Numbered from the stretch's first letter, positions 1 through 16,170 are shown. The stretch is DNA of 64,000 bases from Octopus vulgaris (GCA_951406725.2 OX597815.1:34596001-34660000); one strand, 5' to 3'. A program made the numbers and translations. Notes: generated by a model not told the origin, from the letters alone.

Positions 1-158
1 CATTTTTTTCTCTCCTTTTTTTCTGTGTATCTTTCTGTGGAAGAGCGTAGGCTCGAAACGTAAAAGACTTTTTCTATTCCTGAGCGCTATACTAATACAT
101 TTGTTTATTTGTACACCACCTGCCTTCGTCTTTTGTTTATTTTCGTAAACTTTCTCTG
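1..158 (+). mobile_element. Isolated 3' terminus of the Penelope-like element family (family 1, hammerhead-bearing), cut by the window edge
   Basis: Similar to the reverse complement of 44610-44790 (gtgtatctttctgt.gaagagcgtaggctcgaaacgt...ttcctgagcgc.atactaatac...ccacctgccttcgtcttttgtttattttc); followed directly by (TA)n. Confidence 0.85.
30..67 (+). ncRNA. Minimal hammerhead ribozyme-like motif (core CUGUGGA variant)
   Basis: tcttt-CTGTGGA-A-GAGC gtag GCTC-GAA-ACGT-A-aaaga: stem I tcttt/aaaga, stem II GAGC/GCTC, palindromic stem III ACGT. Confidence 0.6.
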
Positions 159-3960
<3,802 letters not shown>

Positions 3961-4349
3961 TTACACAGTCACTGAGCCAAAAATCTCATATATCCTACAG
4001 TCTGACACCCAAACATTCACAAGTACACACACCACCTTTGCTAAACAGTGGCTCGTCTAAAAATCTCAGTTACAACCACTCTCTCTCTCTCTCTCTTTTC
4101 TTTCTCTATCTTTTTCTCTCTCTCTCTCTTTCACACACAGACAGCACGCGCACAACTTTACATAGATGCTCAGCCTAAAATGTCATAAACAGTTTTGGCA
4201 CACAAACAGAAACATAGATACGCGCACATCATTGAACAAATGCTCAATGGAAAGTCTTATTTACAACTTCACACAACATACACACACGCAAACGCACAAG
4301 CACACACACTAACAAATAAAACTTTACACAACTTTATATGTCAAACATA

Positions 4350-4715
4350 TATATATATAAAGCTGAAGTTGTCTGTGTATGGCAAGTTTGGTAGCCTTCA
4401 ACTAACACTATCTCCTCCGAGACCCTGCGGCGCAAGTTGACCAAAATTGAGAGTATGATAGAAGAAGGCTTGCTCAGATCGGACCATCTTAACACCAAAA
4501 ATTATTTACATCACAAAGGTGTTTTTTTTCTATGAAAATCCCTATTATTTTGCGATATTTTGACTACTGTGTCGCCATTTTTCGGGATATTTCAACCAGA
4601 AAATTGTTCACTTAAAGAGAATAACAAGTCCACATAATGCAAAATTTTTACTTTTCAAAAATTCCAATTCTAAAGTGTCGAAACAAACCTGAGCAACGCC
4701 AGGCGATACTGCTAT
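4350..4715 (+). mobile_element. Non-autonomous Helitron-like element (second copy at 35495-35882)
   Basis: Near-identical to 35495-35882; tatatataaagctgaagttgtctgtg 5' end; 3' end cctgagcaacgccagg..gCTAT, matching the Helitron termini at 12070-12096 and 12417-12445. Confidence 0.7.
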
Positions 4716-4788
<73 letters not shown>

Positions 4789-4950
4789 ATTTGTGGTAAA
4801 TCATTTTACCGTTGCCCATATAATACAGTAAATGAATTGATTGCATCGCAATCATTAACATTTATGTATTAACTTTGTTGGGTACTTCACTAGCAGTATA
4901 TTGGATATACGTTATCCCATAGTGTTGCATTTACAACACCTATCTCAATT

Positions 4951-4987
<37 letters not shown>

Positions 4988-5284
4988 GTAGCCTAACAGA
5001 TACACATACAGCACACAACTTCACACAGGTACTCAAGGATTCCGTATAGACTGACACAAACACTCGTGGATAAATGCATAGACAAACATCACATGCAAGT
5101 TAACTCAGTTTTAATATACAAAAATCTCATGAACGGCTTGAAGCGTGCATATTCAAACATCTCACAATTCTGCACTCATGGTCACCCAAAAAATTATTAT
5201 ATAGAGACTAATAAACGGAGACATGCAAACACACAATGGAATAACTTTAAACAACTTTACATTTGTGCATACAAACACACATAC

Positions 5285-5523
5285 ACACACACACTCTCTC
5301 TCTCTCTCACATACACACTCTTTTTCTCTCTCACAGACATGCTCACACTGACATATACACACACACACTCTCTCTCTCTCTCACATACACACTCTTTTTC
5401 TCTCTCACAGACATGCTCACACTCTCACTGACATATACACACACACACACTCTCTCTCTCTCTCACATACTCTTTTTCTCTCACAGACATGCTCACACTG
5501 ACATACACACACACACACACACA

Positions 5524-5597
<74 letters not shown>

Positions 5598-5600
5598 AAC
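5285..5600. repeat. About 60-bp minisatellite (3-4 units, tctcacagacatgctcacactgacatatacac) built from CA/CT repeats
   Basis: Repeated units visible. Confidence 0.8.
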
Positions 5601-6019
5601 ACAAACGAGCAAACATACAAAATTACGTAACCTAACGCACGTATATAAACATAACATACACCACACAAACAACTTTATACGCTTTTAGACTCAGTCAAAA
5701 AATGTCATATACATCTTCACGTACACATATTGATGAGTCATTGAGTCATAACAATAGCAGCAGCAGCAGCAGCAGCAGCAACAACTGTAATAGCAGCAGC
5801 ACAGCAGCAGCAGCAGCGTCGTCGGCGGCAACAACAACAGCTATACAACACCAGTCATAACAGCGACAGCAGCAGCGGCAAAAACATCGTCGTTAATAAC
5901 TTAAGTAACGATCGAGCATCGTGGTTGTGCGACTCACTGGACATAACAAACCATATGGCCTCAAATCATATGTCTTAGAGTGGGAGGGCACGGCTAGAAG
6001 ATAGATGCCTATGACTATC

Positions 6020-6232
6020 ACTCTTTACTCTTTTACTTGTTTCAAGTCATTTGACTGTGGCCATGCTGGAGCACCGCCTTTAGTCGAGCGAATCGATCCC
6101 TGGACTTATTCTTTGTTAGCCTAGTACTTATTTTATCGGCCTCCCCCTTTTGCCGAACCGCTAAGTTACGGGGACGTAAACACACCAGCATCGGTTGTCA
6201 AGTGGTGTTGGGGAGACAAACACAGACACACA
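6020..6232 (-). mobile_element. SINE family A, 3' half
   Basis: Matches the 3' half of the full copies (e.g. 40049-40471). Confidence 0.85.
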
Positions 6233-6251
6233 CGGACATATATATATATTT

Positions 6252-6548
6252 TGGTGCAGGAGTGGGTGTGTGGTAAGTAGCTTGCTTACCAACCACATGG
6301 TTCCGGGTTCATTCCCACTGCGTGGCACCTTGGGCAAGTGTTTTCTACTATAGCCTCGGGTCGACCAAAACCTCGAGTGGATTTGGTTGGCGGAAACTGA
6401 AAGAAGCCCGTCGTATATATGTATATATATATGTATGTGCATATATGTTTGAGTGTGTGTTTGTCCCCCCCCCCCCCCAACATCACTTGACAACCGATGG
6501 TGGTGTGTTTACGTCCCCGTAACTTAGCGGTTCGGCAAAAGAGACTGA
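6252..6548 (+). mobile_element. SINE family A, 5' two-thirds
   Basis: tRNA-like head ggtgcaggagtgg.tgtgtggtaagtagcttgc...ggttcattccc; matches other copies. Confidence 0.85.
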
Positions 6549-6673
6549 TATATATATATATAAAAATTTAAATTTGAAATAATAAGGGTGAAAATTAAAT
6601 ATTAATTTGATTAATATCAATTTAAAACCAGTGGTCTAGCAAATTAAAATCTGAAGATTCAGAAAAATTATAT

Positions 6674-6914
6674 TACATATAAGAGGGATGACCACTACGT
6701 GGACATCCATTATGCTAGAAGTAGATCCGCTATAGTCTTACCACTAAGAAAGGAATGTTCTCATGAAAATTTAGCAAACACCAGAACGTAACCCAGAACG
6801 TATATTTTGTTTGCTAAATTTTCTTGAGAACATTCCTTTTTTATTGCTAAAACCATAGCGGATCTACTTCTAGCATAATAGATGTCCACGTAGTGGCCAT
6901 CCCTCTTATATGTA
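6674..6914. repeat. Imperfect inverted repeat (about 105-bp arms, about 27-bp spacer), foldback/MITE-like
   Basis: tacatataagagggatgaccactacgtggacatc...tttagcaaaca versus tgtttgctaaa...gatgtccacgtagtggccatccctcttatatgta. Confidence 0.9.
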
Positions 6915-7388
6915 TGTAATATATATAGCCGGTTGCCAACACTTTTTTCTGCAATATCGGGGTAGCTTATCCAGTTCAGGCTATATTATTAGCATTATCC
7001 TGCGTTTGAGAATTTAAAAAAAAAATCACTTCTTTAACTTTCTAAGACATCTCAACACTTCTTAAGCAAACTTCGTTTGTTTGTTTACGTTCATCGTAAT
7101 TTGAATTTATAAAATTATGGGATAAAAAATCATCGAAGGAATCTCTACGCTATTTGCTCGACTTGCAAGAAATGGCAGCCAAATATTTCTCAAATCACAT
7201 TAGAGCATATTAGGTGTGTAATCCTAAATGCTCTTTAAAAAGCCTATGATAGTCACGACTGAAACGCCTTTGATCATACGTTTGCTTGATCCAAGGTTTC
7301 AGTTGGTCTAAAATAACAAAGCTACAATCACAAGATCTGCATAGCAAACGAGACTAGCAAGAGCTGCATTGACATCAGCAGCAGTAGC

Positions 7389-7419
<31 letters not shown>

Positions 7420-7721
7420 TAAGTATCATGATCATTAACAGCAGCAGCAGCAACCCGGAAGAGTCAGACTGGCAAATTGTTAGAAGCCGGTGAGACAATC
7501 AGAGTTACAGACAGTGAACGATGACATGTAATAAATGGTCATGATGATGATGGTGGCGGTGGCGGTGGAAGCGGTGGCGATGGTGGTGACGATGATGACG
7601 ACGAAGACAGCAGTGGAAAAGACGTTGAAAATGTGGTGTTTTTTCTTTCTTTAATTAATGTTACGGCTATAGTGGTGTCGGATATGATTGTCGTAGTGTT
7701 ATTCATCACGCATTTAAATAC

Positions 7722-7951
7722 AAAGGAGAATCTAGATAAACTGGGATTTTCAGAATGAGAAATTGACCGGCTGATTCGTACATTACAAGTCCAATTTGTG
7801 AGTGGAACAGTAAAAATATACAAGGCTTTTCTCAAGTTCCAAATTGAATTTGTCTGTGTTAACTACATCCCAAAGAGGGAGACTTGTATCTTTGTTGGAA
7901 ACCGGCTCCCTTCTTAGTGGAAGATTTATAATAATTAAAAATTAGAAGAGA
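7722..7951 (+). mobile_element. 3' end of an RLE-type non-LTR retrotransposon (R4/Dong-like), 5'-truncated
   Basis: Similar to 8262-8495 (KENLDKLGFSE...GTVKI.K.FLKF); ends in (CATA)n. Confidence 0.7.
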
Positions 7952-8064
7952 CATACATACACACTTACATACATACATACATACATACATGCATACATAC
8001 ATACATAAATGTACATATACATACAAACATACATAACTATACGTATATACATACATACGTACAT

Positions 8065-8495
8065 GTTTGGGACAGAGGGGCAAAGGTATGTACAATCATA
8101 GAGGTCACCTGCCCTGCAGATATAAATATCTCTTTGAAAATCAATGGAAAAGAGGATATCTATGCACAACTGCTTCGAAACCTCCAGCTTCTATATTCAG
8201 ACTATGAATTCATATTCATACTAACAATAATTCAAGCACTAGATTTTATTAGTAAATGCTTAAAGGAGAATCTGGATAAACTGGGATTTTCAGAAAGAGA
8301 AATCGACCGGCTAATTTGTATATTACAAGTGCAATCTGTGAGTGGAACAGTAAAAATATGCAAGACTTTTCTCAAGTTCCAAATGTGAATTTGTCTGTGT
8401 TAACTACATCCCAAAGATGGAGTCTTGTATCTTTATTGGAAACCGGCTCCCTCCTCAGTGGAAGATTTATAATAATTAAAAAACAGAAGAGACAT
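8065..8495 (+). mobile_element. 3' end of an RLE-type non-LTR retrotransposon (R4/Dong-like)
   Basis: Translates CTIIEVTCPADINISLKINGKEDIYAQLLRNLQLLYSDYEFIFILTIIQALD, the typical C-terminal part of a restriction-like endonuclease domain. Confidence 0.75.
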
Positions 8496-9568
8496 AGATA
8501 TGCGTATGTGTGTGGGGAGAGAGAGAGTCAATGAGTGTGTGTATTTGTGTGTTTGTACGTGCGTTTATCTGGGCATGTTTATTTGGAAGGATAACAAACA
8601 AAAAAATATTCATAACATGCTCAATATCAGTTTTATGTAAGCTAAAAGCCATAATTACTTAAAGAAGTATTCCGGTTTCGTCTCTTGAATTTTTCAAACG
8701 ATTCAAAGTGTATACACACATACACACACGCACACACATACATTTGACTACTGCCATGTATTTGAATAACGAAGACGAACAAAGATATATCTAATACTTT
8801 AGATGACTTTATCATTTTATCATCCTTACCATTAATCCAATGAGAACCTCCAATACATCAAGCGAAAATCCAACCATCCAAGAGTTATTATTAATTCCAG
8901 TCGTAGTAGTAACCCGTTTAGAATATCAAGGCCAACGCCGTTTCAGCTAGAGCAGTATATATTTCCGATGTAAATACTGTGAAAACGCCTATGGATAGTA
9001 GAATACGATCACTGGTGCATAGAAGTAATAAAAATCATGGCAATACGAATGATTATAGCAATGGACATGAGAATAGGATTGCTTGTAACCAGGATAATGG
9101 TATGAAAAATAAGAAGAGAGTCACACAGCGAGTAATAAAGATTATCTTCCAATCAAAAAGATAAATTGTCTAAATAACTCTATTGTTTCCAGTGAAAGCC
9201 CCAGAAAATATCTAGATAATTTACAGATTAGGCACCAAATAAGCACAAGTAAAAGGACTAAGCGTAGCAACGAGGAGTTTAACCAAGGAAACAATCACAA
9301 TTCTTCGTGCAACCATGAGGGAACTAATATACATAGAAACAACTATATCAATGTAAATCATTATAACAAATTTAGGAGAAATAAAGCATGCAATAGAACG
9401 ATTGCGTGATATAAAGCTCCATTCAGAATCCGCGCAATCACAGACATCCTAGAAATTTTCTTCAAGGTGTTAGACAGATATTTCTCCACCTCTAGCAGAT
9501 ATAGTAAAATACCAATATGCATACCGTCCAGTGTGCATATTCCAGTTGACCTAAATAAGCGGATATTA

Positions 9569-9985
9569 TACTCTTTACTCTTTTACTTGTTTCAGTCATT
9601 TGACTGCGGCCATGCTGGAGCACCGCCTTTAATCGAGCAACTCGACCCCGGGACTTATTCTTTGTAAGCCCAGTACTTATTCTATCGGTCTCTTTTGCCG
9701 AACCGCTAAGTGACGGGGACATAAACACACCAGCATCGGTTGTCAAGCAATGCTAGGGGGACAAACACAGACACACAAACATACACGCACACACATATAT
9801 ATATATATATATACATATATACGACGGGCTTCTTTCAGTTTCCGTCTACCAAATCCACTCACAAGGCTTTGGTCGGCCCGAGGCTATAGTAGAAGACACT
9901 TGCCAAAGGTGCCACGCAGTGGGACTGAACCCGGAACTATGCGGTTGGTAAGCAAGCTACTTACCACACAGCCACTCCTACGCCT
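9569..9985 (-). mobile_element. tRNA-derived SINE family A, full length
   Basis: Head with A box TGGCTGTGTGG and B box GGTTCAGTCC, internal TA/TG microsatellite, AAGAGTA-type tail; more than 10 copies in the window. Confidence 0.92.
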
Positions 9986-11326
9986 ATTATAGCAGCTATT
10001 AACTTTAGAAAACTCAACTCCTTCAGAAAGAATGAACGTAGTGTCTTTATTCAGAGTGCATAAGCCAATATGGGTCTACCTTTAACAGGTGTTGATAATG
10101 GGGATAATAATATTTTAGTATCTCTTCTGAGTAATAACAATAGCACTTATAGAATAAATAATATGGCCTCCTACGACTGCAAACATAATAGAATGGATGA
10201 CTTAGGAATTGCAACAAATGCCTCGTAGGTAACTTGTGCCTTAGGAAAGTTATATATATATATGCGTGGTCAAAGCACCTGATAATGTCTGTTATTACAT
10301 AGGATCTTCCGAAATGAAATCCAAGACCATATAACCACATTCACTATTAAATACATAAGAAAATAAATTGCAAGTCGCTAGCCAAGCTCATAGGGAGGAT
10401 TATAGACCATTCTCTTTCGTAGTCCATTAGAAGTAGTGTCCTTCTTTATAGAGTGGGCGGTGAAAGCTGTAATTTGTTGTCAGTAAAGACACTTTAATTA
10501 CTCAATTATAAATCCAACCTAATTAACAATGTAACGAGTTATTATTTCGCTTGTCTCACTTATTTAAACAAAGCATTTTTAAAATGTTCACACAAAAACC
10601 CCGCATAATTTACTAACCATTGTATAAATAAAATCAATATCTTATTAGAGATTCCTTCTCTTCCTTCATTCACCTTCTATGAAATATACCAAATACTCTT
10701 TTACTAATTTTTCATCTTTAATCTTATCCTTAGCTATTGCACTTAGCCTTATTCAGTTTAAATACACTTTAACTGTGTTAAACTTGATTTATCTCGGACG
10801 AAACAGAGAGGTGGGTACTTATAAATTCTGCATACAGTTATTATGCATCCAGTTGACTTTCTTTCACACCCTTTCTAGCTACTTTAAATACTCATCTACT
10901 AAAGACTGGCCAGCGAGTAAAGCTGTTTGATATGAGTAATCTTCTCAAACCTACATTCTCACGGGCTAACATACTCCAACACTAAACGACACGTTGATCT
11001 CCCAGGACTGTAAGTTGGGCAAACATGCAATGGATTAAGAAAGATAACTTGAAATGTGTGTGATCTGCAAACCCACTTCCGAAAAGCTTTGTTTGTAGCA
11101 GAATCCGAAAATTTAACCATAATAAATTTCAAGCACTGATGAGAATGATTGGAGGATAACCGTTCCGTTAAACAATTGATTAATCAGTTAAATAACTGAA
11201 TGATTTGTGCATACAAGTCATTGTATAGTGTGGAAACTGTTCCTCAAGCCATTCGAAACGTCCGTAAATGAATAAAGTTATATAAGAATTTAATTCTTCA
11301 TTCTTTGTCTTACACACGCACTATCG

Positions 11327-11366
<40 letters not shown>

Positions 11367-11368
11367 TA

Positions 11369-12096
11369 TCTCTCTCTATATATAAAACTGAGAATGTGTG
11401 TCTGTCTGTCTGTGTGTTTCCCTAAAACTTGAGAACTACACAACCAATTTCATTCAAATTTTACACATGCCTTACTTAGGGTCCATGTAGTTTCATGGGA
11501 AAAAATGTTCAACTTCTTGCCTAGAGCGAGCCCATGGCAATATCATATCTTCTCCACTATTTTAGTATTACGTGTTAAAAGTGAAACAAAAACATTTCTC
11601 TATTTTATGTCATATACTTTCACTTTAACAATAAAAATAATAATAACAATTGAATTATATGTAATAAGTAATAATTAAAATCAAACTAAAATATAATATA
11701 ATTCTAACATAACAAAAGTAAAAATAGCAATTGGTATAAAATTGCATCAATGACTTGAACTTGAATAAGTGGTTTCACATGAATGGGAATAAATTAAAAA
11801 TAAAATTAGCGTGCAGAAATGGAATAGTCCAAATGGATAATAAAAAATTAAATTAAGTATACAATGTAGAGAAAAAAGAAGATTTGAACACATGGAGGAA
11901 AGCACCTTCGAAAAGTGTCTTGGATACATGTGGCACGATTACAATTTTTTTAGGGTGTGTAAAGAGGGAAATAACCCTCATCTGCAATTTTGATGAAATT
12001 CGAAGCATAGATATTCCAGTTCATTACAGAAGATATAACAAAAAAGTCTAATTCTTCAATTAAATGTAACCGGGCAACGCCGGGTATCTCTGCTAG
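11369..12096 (+). mobile_element. Non-autonomous Helitron
   Basis: A|TC 5' end (TCtctctctatatataaa), 3' hairpin ccgggcaacgccgg followed by CTAG|T; no TSD. Confidence 0.85.
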
Positions 12097-12416
12097 TATA
12101 TATTAAAGTGAAGATACGGGTTATGATGCTACTCTCGTAATTGTGATGTGGGATTAATTCCTTGATCAGGTCATGCGTTATATTCTTGAGCAAAGCATTT
12201 CCTCTCACGTTACTACTGGATCACTTCGACATCTGAAATATGGTACACCGCACATCTGTACAGGCAATGTCGATTTGGTTGACGGAGTTAGGTAATGTAC
12301 AGGACAAACGTTTGACCCCTATCAACAAATCATTTGCATAGCATATTCTGCAGGGAATTCCGGTACCCTCATTTGTCGTTTATGACACGATATATATATA
12401 TATATATATATATATA

Positions 12417-13376
12417 CTAGCAGCATAGCCCGGCGTTGCCCGGGTATGTAAGAGCCCCTAGTAGGCAACGACTAATCCCAATCTAGTTCTTTCCCTCTAG
12501 GGAACGAAGGCGCATGTGTAGGTTGCAATGTCTTCTCTTCACTCGAATACTTCTGTGTATACGATGTTCCTAGCTGTCCCTTTAGGCGAAAACATGAAAA
12601 CATCATTGTGCCTCCCAACGCGTGAACAGCCCTCGTAGAGTTGACCGTGGGCGAAGCACTGTTCGCCCAAATATAACCCAGCGACTTGTAGCGTTTGGCC
12701 TTGGGATTTATTGATGGACATTGCGAAGCAGAGTTTAACAGGAAACTGAGAACGCCTGAAGTGGATTGGTAGGTCAGCGCCCGACGGTTGAAGGTGCATG
12801 CGTGGAATGAAGACGTCCTCTCCCTTCCCACAACCGGTAAGTATTGTGGCCGTTATTAAATGTGGTGGCAAATGTTTCACAACCAGACGTGTGCCGTTGC
12901 ACTCTTTAGGTGGAACCAAATTCGTGATGAGCATAATGGGCGCACCGACTTTTAACTTCAGGATGTGTGGCGGCAGGCCTGGCGGTTCAAGTGAATTCAG
13001 GAATTCAACAGGATAATCGGCAAGCTCGGCTGGGTCTGCTGTCCTATCAATAGATTTGTAGACGTGGACATCATCAGGAATAGCTTCAAGTAGCTGGATA
13101 TTGATGGAGTTGAGAGTTAAAAAGGTCGAGTTGCGTCCCCTAGACAGTCTGTGGTTTGTGTTTCTGATTCTCGACCTCATGTCGAATTTATCGATTTTTT
13201 TCAGAACTGGGGGAACTTTTCAAAATTTTCGCTGCGTTAGTTTTGAATTGTGACATTGGGTTATGTGTGTGTCAAGTTTCATCAGAATCGGTTGAAAGCC
13301 GTGGTCAGGGTGAGGGTACAACCTGACAGACACACAGACACACAGACAGACAAACTGCCGTTTATATATAGAGAGA
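12417..13376 (-). mobile_element. Internally deleted Helitron retaining the helicase C-terminus
   Basis: On the minus strand: A|TCtctctatatataaacggc 5' end, 3' hairpin cccgggcaacgccggg then CTAG|T running into (TA)n. Confidence 0.92.
12539..13115 (-). pseudogene. PIF1-family (Helitron RepHel) helicase C-terminal fragment
   Basis: YPVEFLNSLEPPGLPPH.LKLKVGAPIML, CNGTRL, FRRSQFPVKLCFAMSINKSQGQTL, FAHGQLY..CSRV motifs; Rep domain and N-terminal helicase motifs absent. Confidence 0.92.
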
Positions 13377-13653
13377 TTTCGTTTGGGGACTTAGTTTGCA
13401 AGATTCTTTATATGAATTCGTGTGTTGAAGCATATTCTGTTGTGTCTGGCGAGAGTCATCTTCTTTTTGTGCTTTATAATTTAACCTTTTCAATAGACTA
13501 TTGAAAAGGTCGCAAGACGCAACGAAAATTTTAGGAAAATAAAAATAAGAAATAATTGGAAATTCTACCAGTGAGTGTGTTAAATTATAAGACACAAAAA
13601 GAAAAGGACTCTCCCCAGACACAACAGTAAATATATATATATATATATATATA

Positions 13654-13975
13654 AGGAGCACTCCGTCGGTTACGACGACGAGGGTCCCAGCTGATACGAT
13701 CAACAGAACAGCCTGCTCGTGAAATTAACGTGCAAGTGGCTGAGCACTCCACAAACACGTGTACCCCTAACGTAGTTCTCAGGGAGATTCAGCGTGACAC
13801 ACAGTGTGACAAGACCGGCCCTTTGAAATACAGGTACAACTCATTTTTGCCAGCTGAGTGGACTGAAGCAACATGAAATAAAGTGTCTTGCTCAAGGACA
13901 CAACGCGTCGCTTGGAATCGAACTCACGACCTTACGATCGTGAGCCGAATGCCCTAACCACTAAGCCTCGCGCCT

Positions 13976-13979
<4 letters not shown>
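13654..13979 (-). mobile_element. tRNA-derived SINE family B
   Basis: Head gtgaaggcgcgaggcttagtggttagggcattcggctcacgatcgtaaggtcgtgagttcgattcc; second copy at 39502-39820. Confidence 0.88.
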
Positions 13980-14027
<48 letters not shown>

Positions 14028-14046
14028 ATATATATAGAACATATAT

Positions 14047-14310
14047 TTTAATATTCTCCCAAAGAGTCTGAGGAACTTGCACAAAGTAGAGGTAGCGGTT
14101 TTTAAATCAAAGCTGGACATCTTCCTGTCGAGAGTCCCAGATGAACCTACCTCACGGCAAGAGGTGCAAATGAGTGTAGCTATATCAAACTCCATTCTTC
14201 ACCAAGTGCCACATATTAGAGGAGGCTCTTCGTAATAACAGCGTAGCACAAAACGGCGGTGCATCAGCATGGCCGCAGCTCTGAGCTGAAACAAGAAAAA
14301 CGAAAAAACG
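14047..14310 (+). mobile_element. 3' end of a CR1-group LINE
   Basis: Hand translation FNILPKSLRNLHKVEVAVFKSKLDIFLSRVPDEP...SNSILHQ*, typical of the CR1-group ORF2 C-terminus; short 3' UTR. Confidence 0.75.
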
Positions 14311-14622
14311 AAGATATATATATATGCATACATACAAAACTTTTTGGGACAGGTGACCGCTACATTTCATCACACTCCAGAGGCTCTATATTTTCCATGC
14401 AGCACCAGGATATTACTATAAACCTAAAAGAATAATGAAGCCCTCGATGCCCCGAAATGCAAATGAAGTGTAAATTATGTCATATTTTTATGGAAAACAT
14501 CACACATGCGATCAAAATGCTACTTCCCAATGCGGTGAGACTTTGTTAGAAATGTACAATGCCATCCGGTTAGAAGGACTGTCAAGGAATAGATATAGAG
14601 AATAATCCTGTTATTGAATATA

Positions 14623-15040
14623 TATTCTTTTACTCTTTTACATGTTTCAGTCATTTGACTGCGGCCATGCTGGAACACCGCCTTTAGTCGAGCAAATCGA
14701 CCCCGGGACTTATTCTTTGTAAGCCCAGTACTTATTCTATCGGTCTCTTTTGCCAAACGGCTAAGTGACGAGAACGTAAACACACCAGCATCGGTTGTCA
14801 AACAATGCTAGGGGTACAAACACAGACACACAAACACATGCACATACATACATATACATATATATATATATATATACGACAGGCTTCTTTCAGTTTCCGT
14901 CTACCAAATCCACTCACAAGGCATTGGTCGGCCCGGGGTATTAGCAGAAGACACTTGCCCAAGATGCCACGCAGTGGGACTGAACCCGGAACCATGTGGC
15001 TGGTTAGCAAGCTACTTACCACACAGCCACTCCTGCGCCT
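14623..15040 (-). mobile_element. SINE family A, full length
   Basis: Near-identical to other copies. Confidence 0.92.
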
Positions 15041-15274
15041 ATTATACATAAACATCTGCACAAGAAATATTGGTGGAACATTTCCATCAAAACATTTTCT
15101 ACCAAGAGCAAACATAGGAAGCCAGGTATAATTGTTCGGGACTGCTAAGAAAATATGTGTAACCGCGATAGAAGTCAGCTGCTCTGCTAATGTGAATAAC
15201 TTCGAAAATCAAAAAGAAAGAGGATAACTACGGACACACCGCTTCGAAACTTTCAGCTTTTATGCACATATTAT

Positions 15275-15694
15275 AGGCGCAGGAGTGGTTGTGTGGTAAG
15301 TAGCTTGCTAACCAACCACATGGTTCCGGGTTCAGTCCCACTGCGTGGCATCTTGGGCAAGTGTCTTCTACTATAGCCTCGGGCCGACCAAAGCCTTGTG
15401 AGTGGATTTGGTAGATGGAAACCGAAAGAATCCCATCGTATATATGTATATATATATATGCGTGTGTGTGTGTGTATGTGTGTCTGTGCTTGTCCCCCTA
15501 GCATTGCTTGACAACCGATGCTGGTGTGTTTATGTCCCCGTTACTTAGCGGTTCGGCAAAGCGACCGATAGAATAAGTACTGGGTTATAAAAGAATAAGT
15601 CCCGGGGTCGATTTGCTCGACTAAAGGCGGTGCTCCAGCATGGCCACAGTCAAATGACTGAAACAAATAAAAGAGTAAAAGAGAGTAAAGAGAG
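15275..15694 (+). mobile_element. SINE family A, full length
   Basis: aggcgcaggagtgg head through aagagta tail; short attata duplication on both sides. Confidence 0.92.
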
Positions 15695-16099
15695 ATTATA
15701 AATTTACGTCTATATCAATAAACAAAAGTGCATTTGATTTAGTAAGTAAATGCCTAAATGACAATCCGGAAAAGCTAGTGTTTTCAGAAAAAGAAATCAA
15801 CCAGCTAATACGCAGATTACAAATACAATTTGTAAATGGAACAGTAGAAATATGCGAGACTTTTCTCAGGTTTAACATGCGACTTATCTTCCTTTTTTTT
15901 TCTGTTATCAACATTCCATTCATGGGGCTTTGTTAGAAAACAGCTCCTTCATTATTAGAAGACTTCAAAAACTTAAAAATAGTAGAGAGCATGCATGCAT
16001 ATATTCATACATACATACAAACATACATACATACATACATACATACATACATACATACATACATACATACATGCATACATACGTACATACATACATACA

Positions 16100-16133
<34 letters not shown>

Positions 16134-16170
16134 CATACACACAAGTATAGATGTGTGTGTGTGTGTATGT

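Larger units (their letters stand above)
14340..15990 (+). mobile_element. Decayed R4/Dong-like retrotransposon 3' region (zinc knuckle + RLE), interrupted by two SINE A copies
   Basis: Fragments KCKLCHIFMENITH, YFPMR*DFV (RHD-like), YWWNISIKT..KHRKPGII (PD-like), IEVSCSAN, GTVEICETFLRF; ends in long (CATA)n. Confidence 0.7.

Noticed and set aside
9750-9992. Recurrent [18 protein letters not shown]... found many times
   Set aside because: Antisense translation of SINE family A, not a gene family
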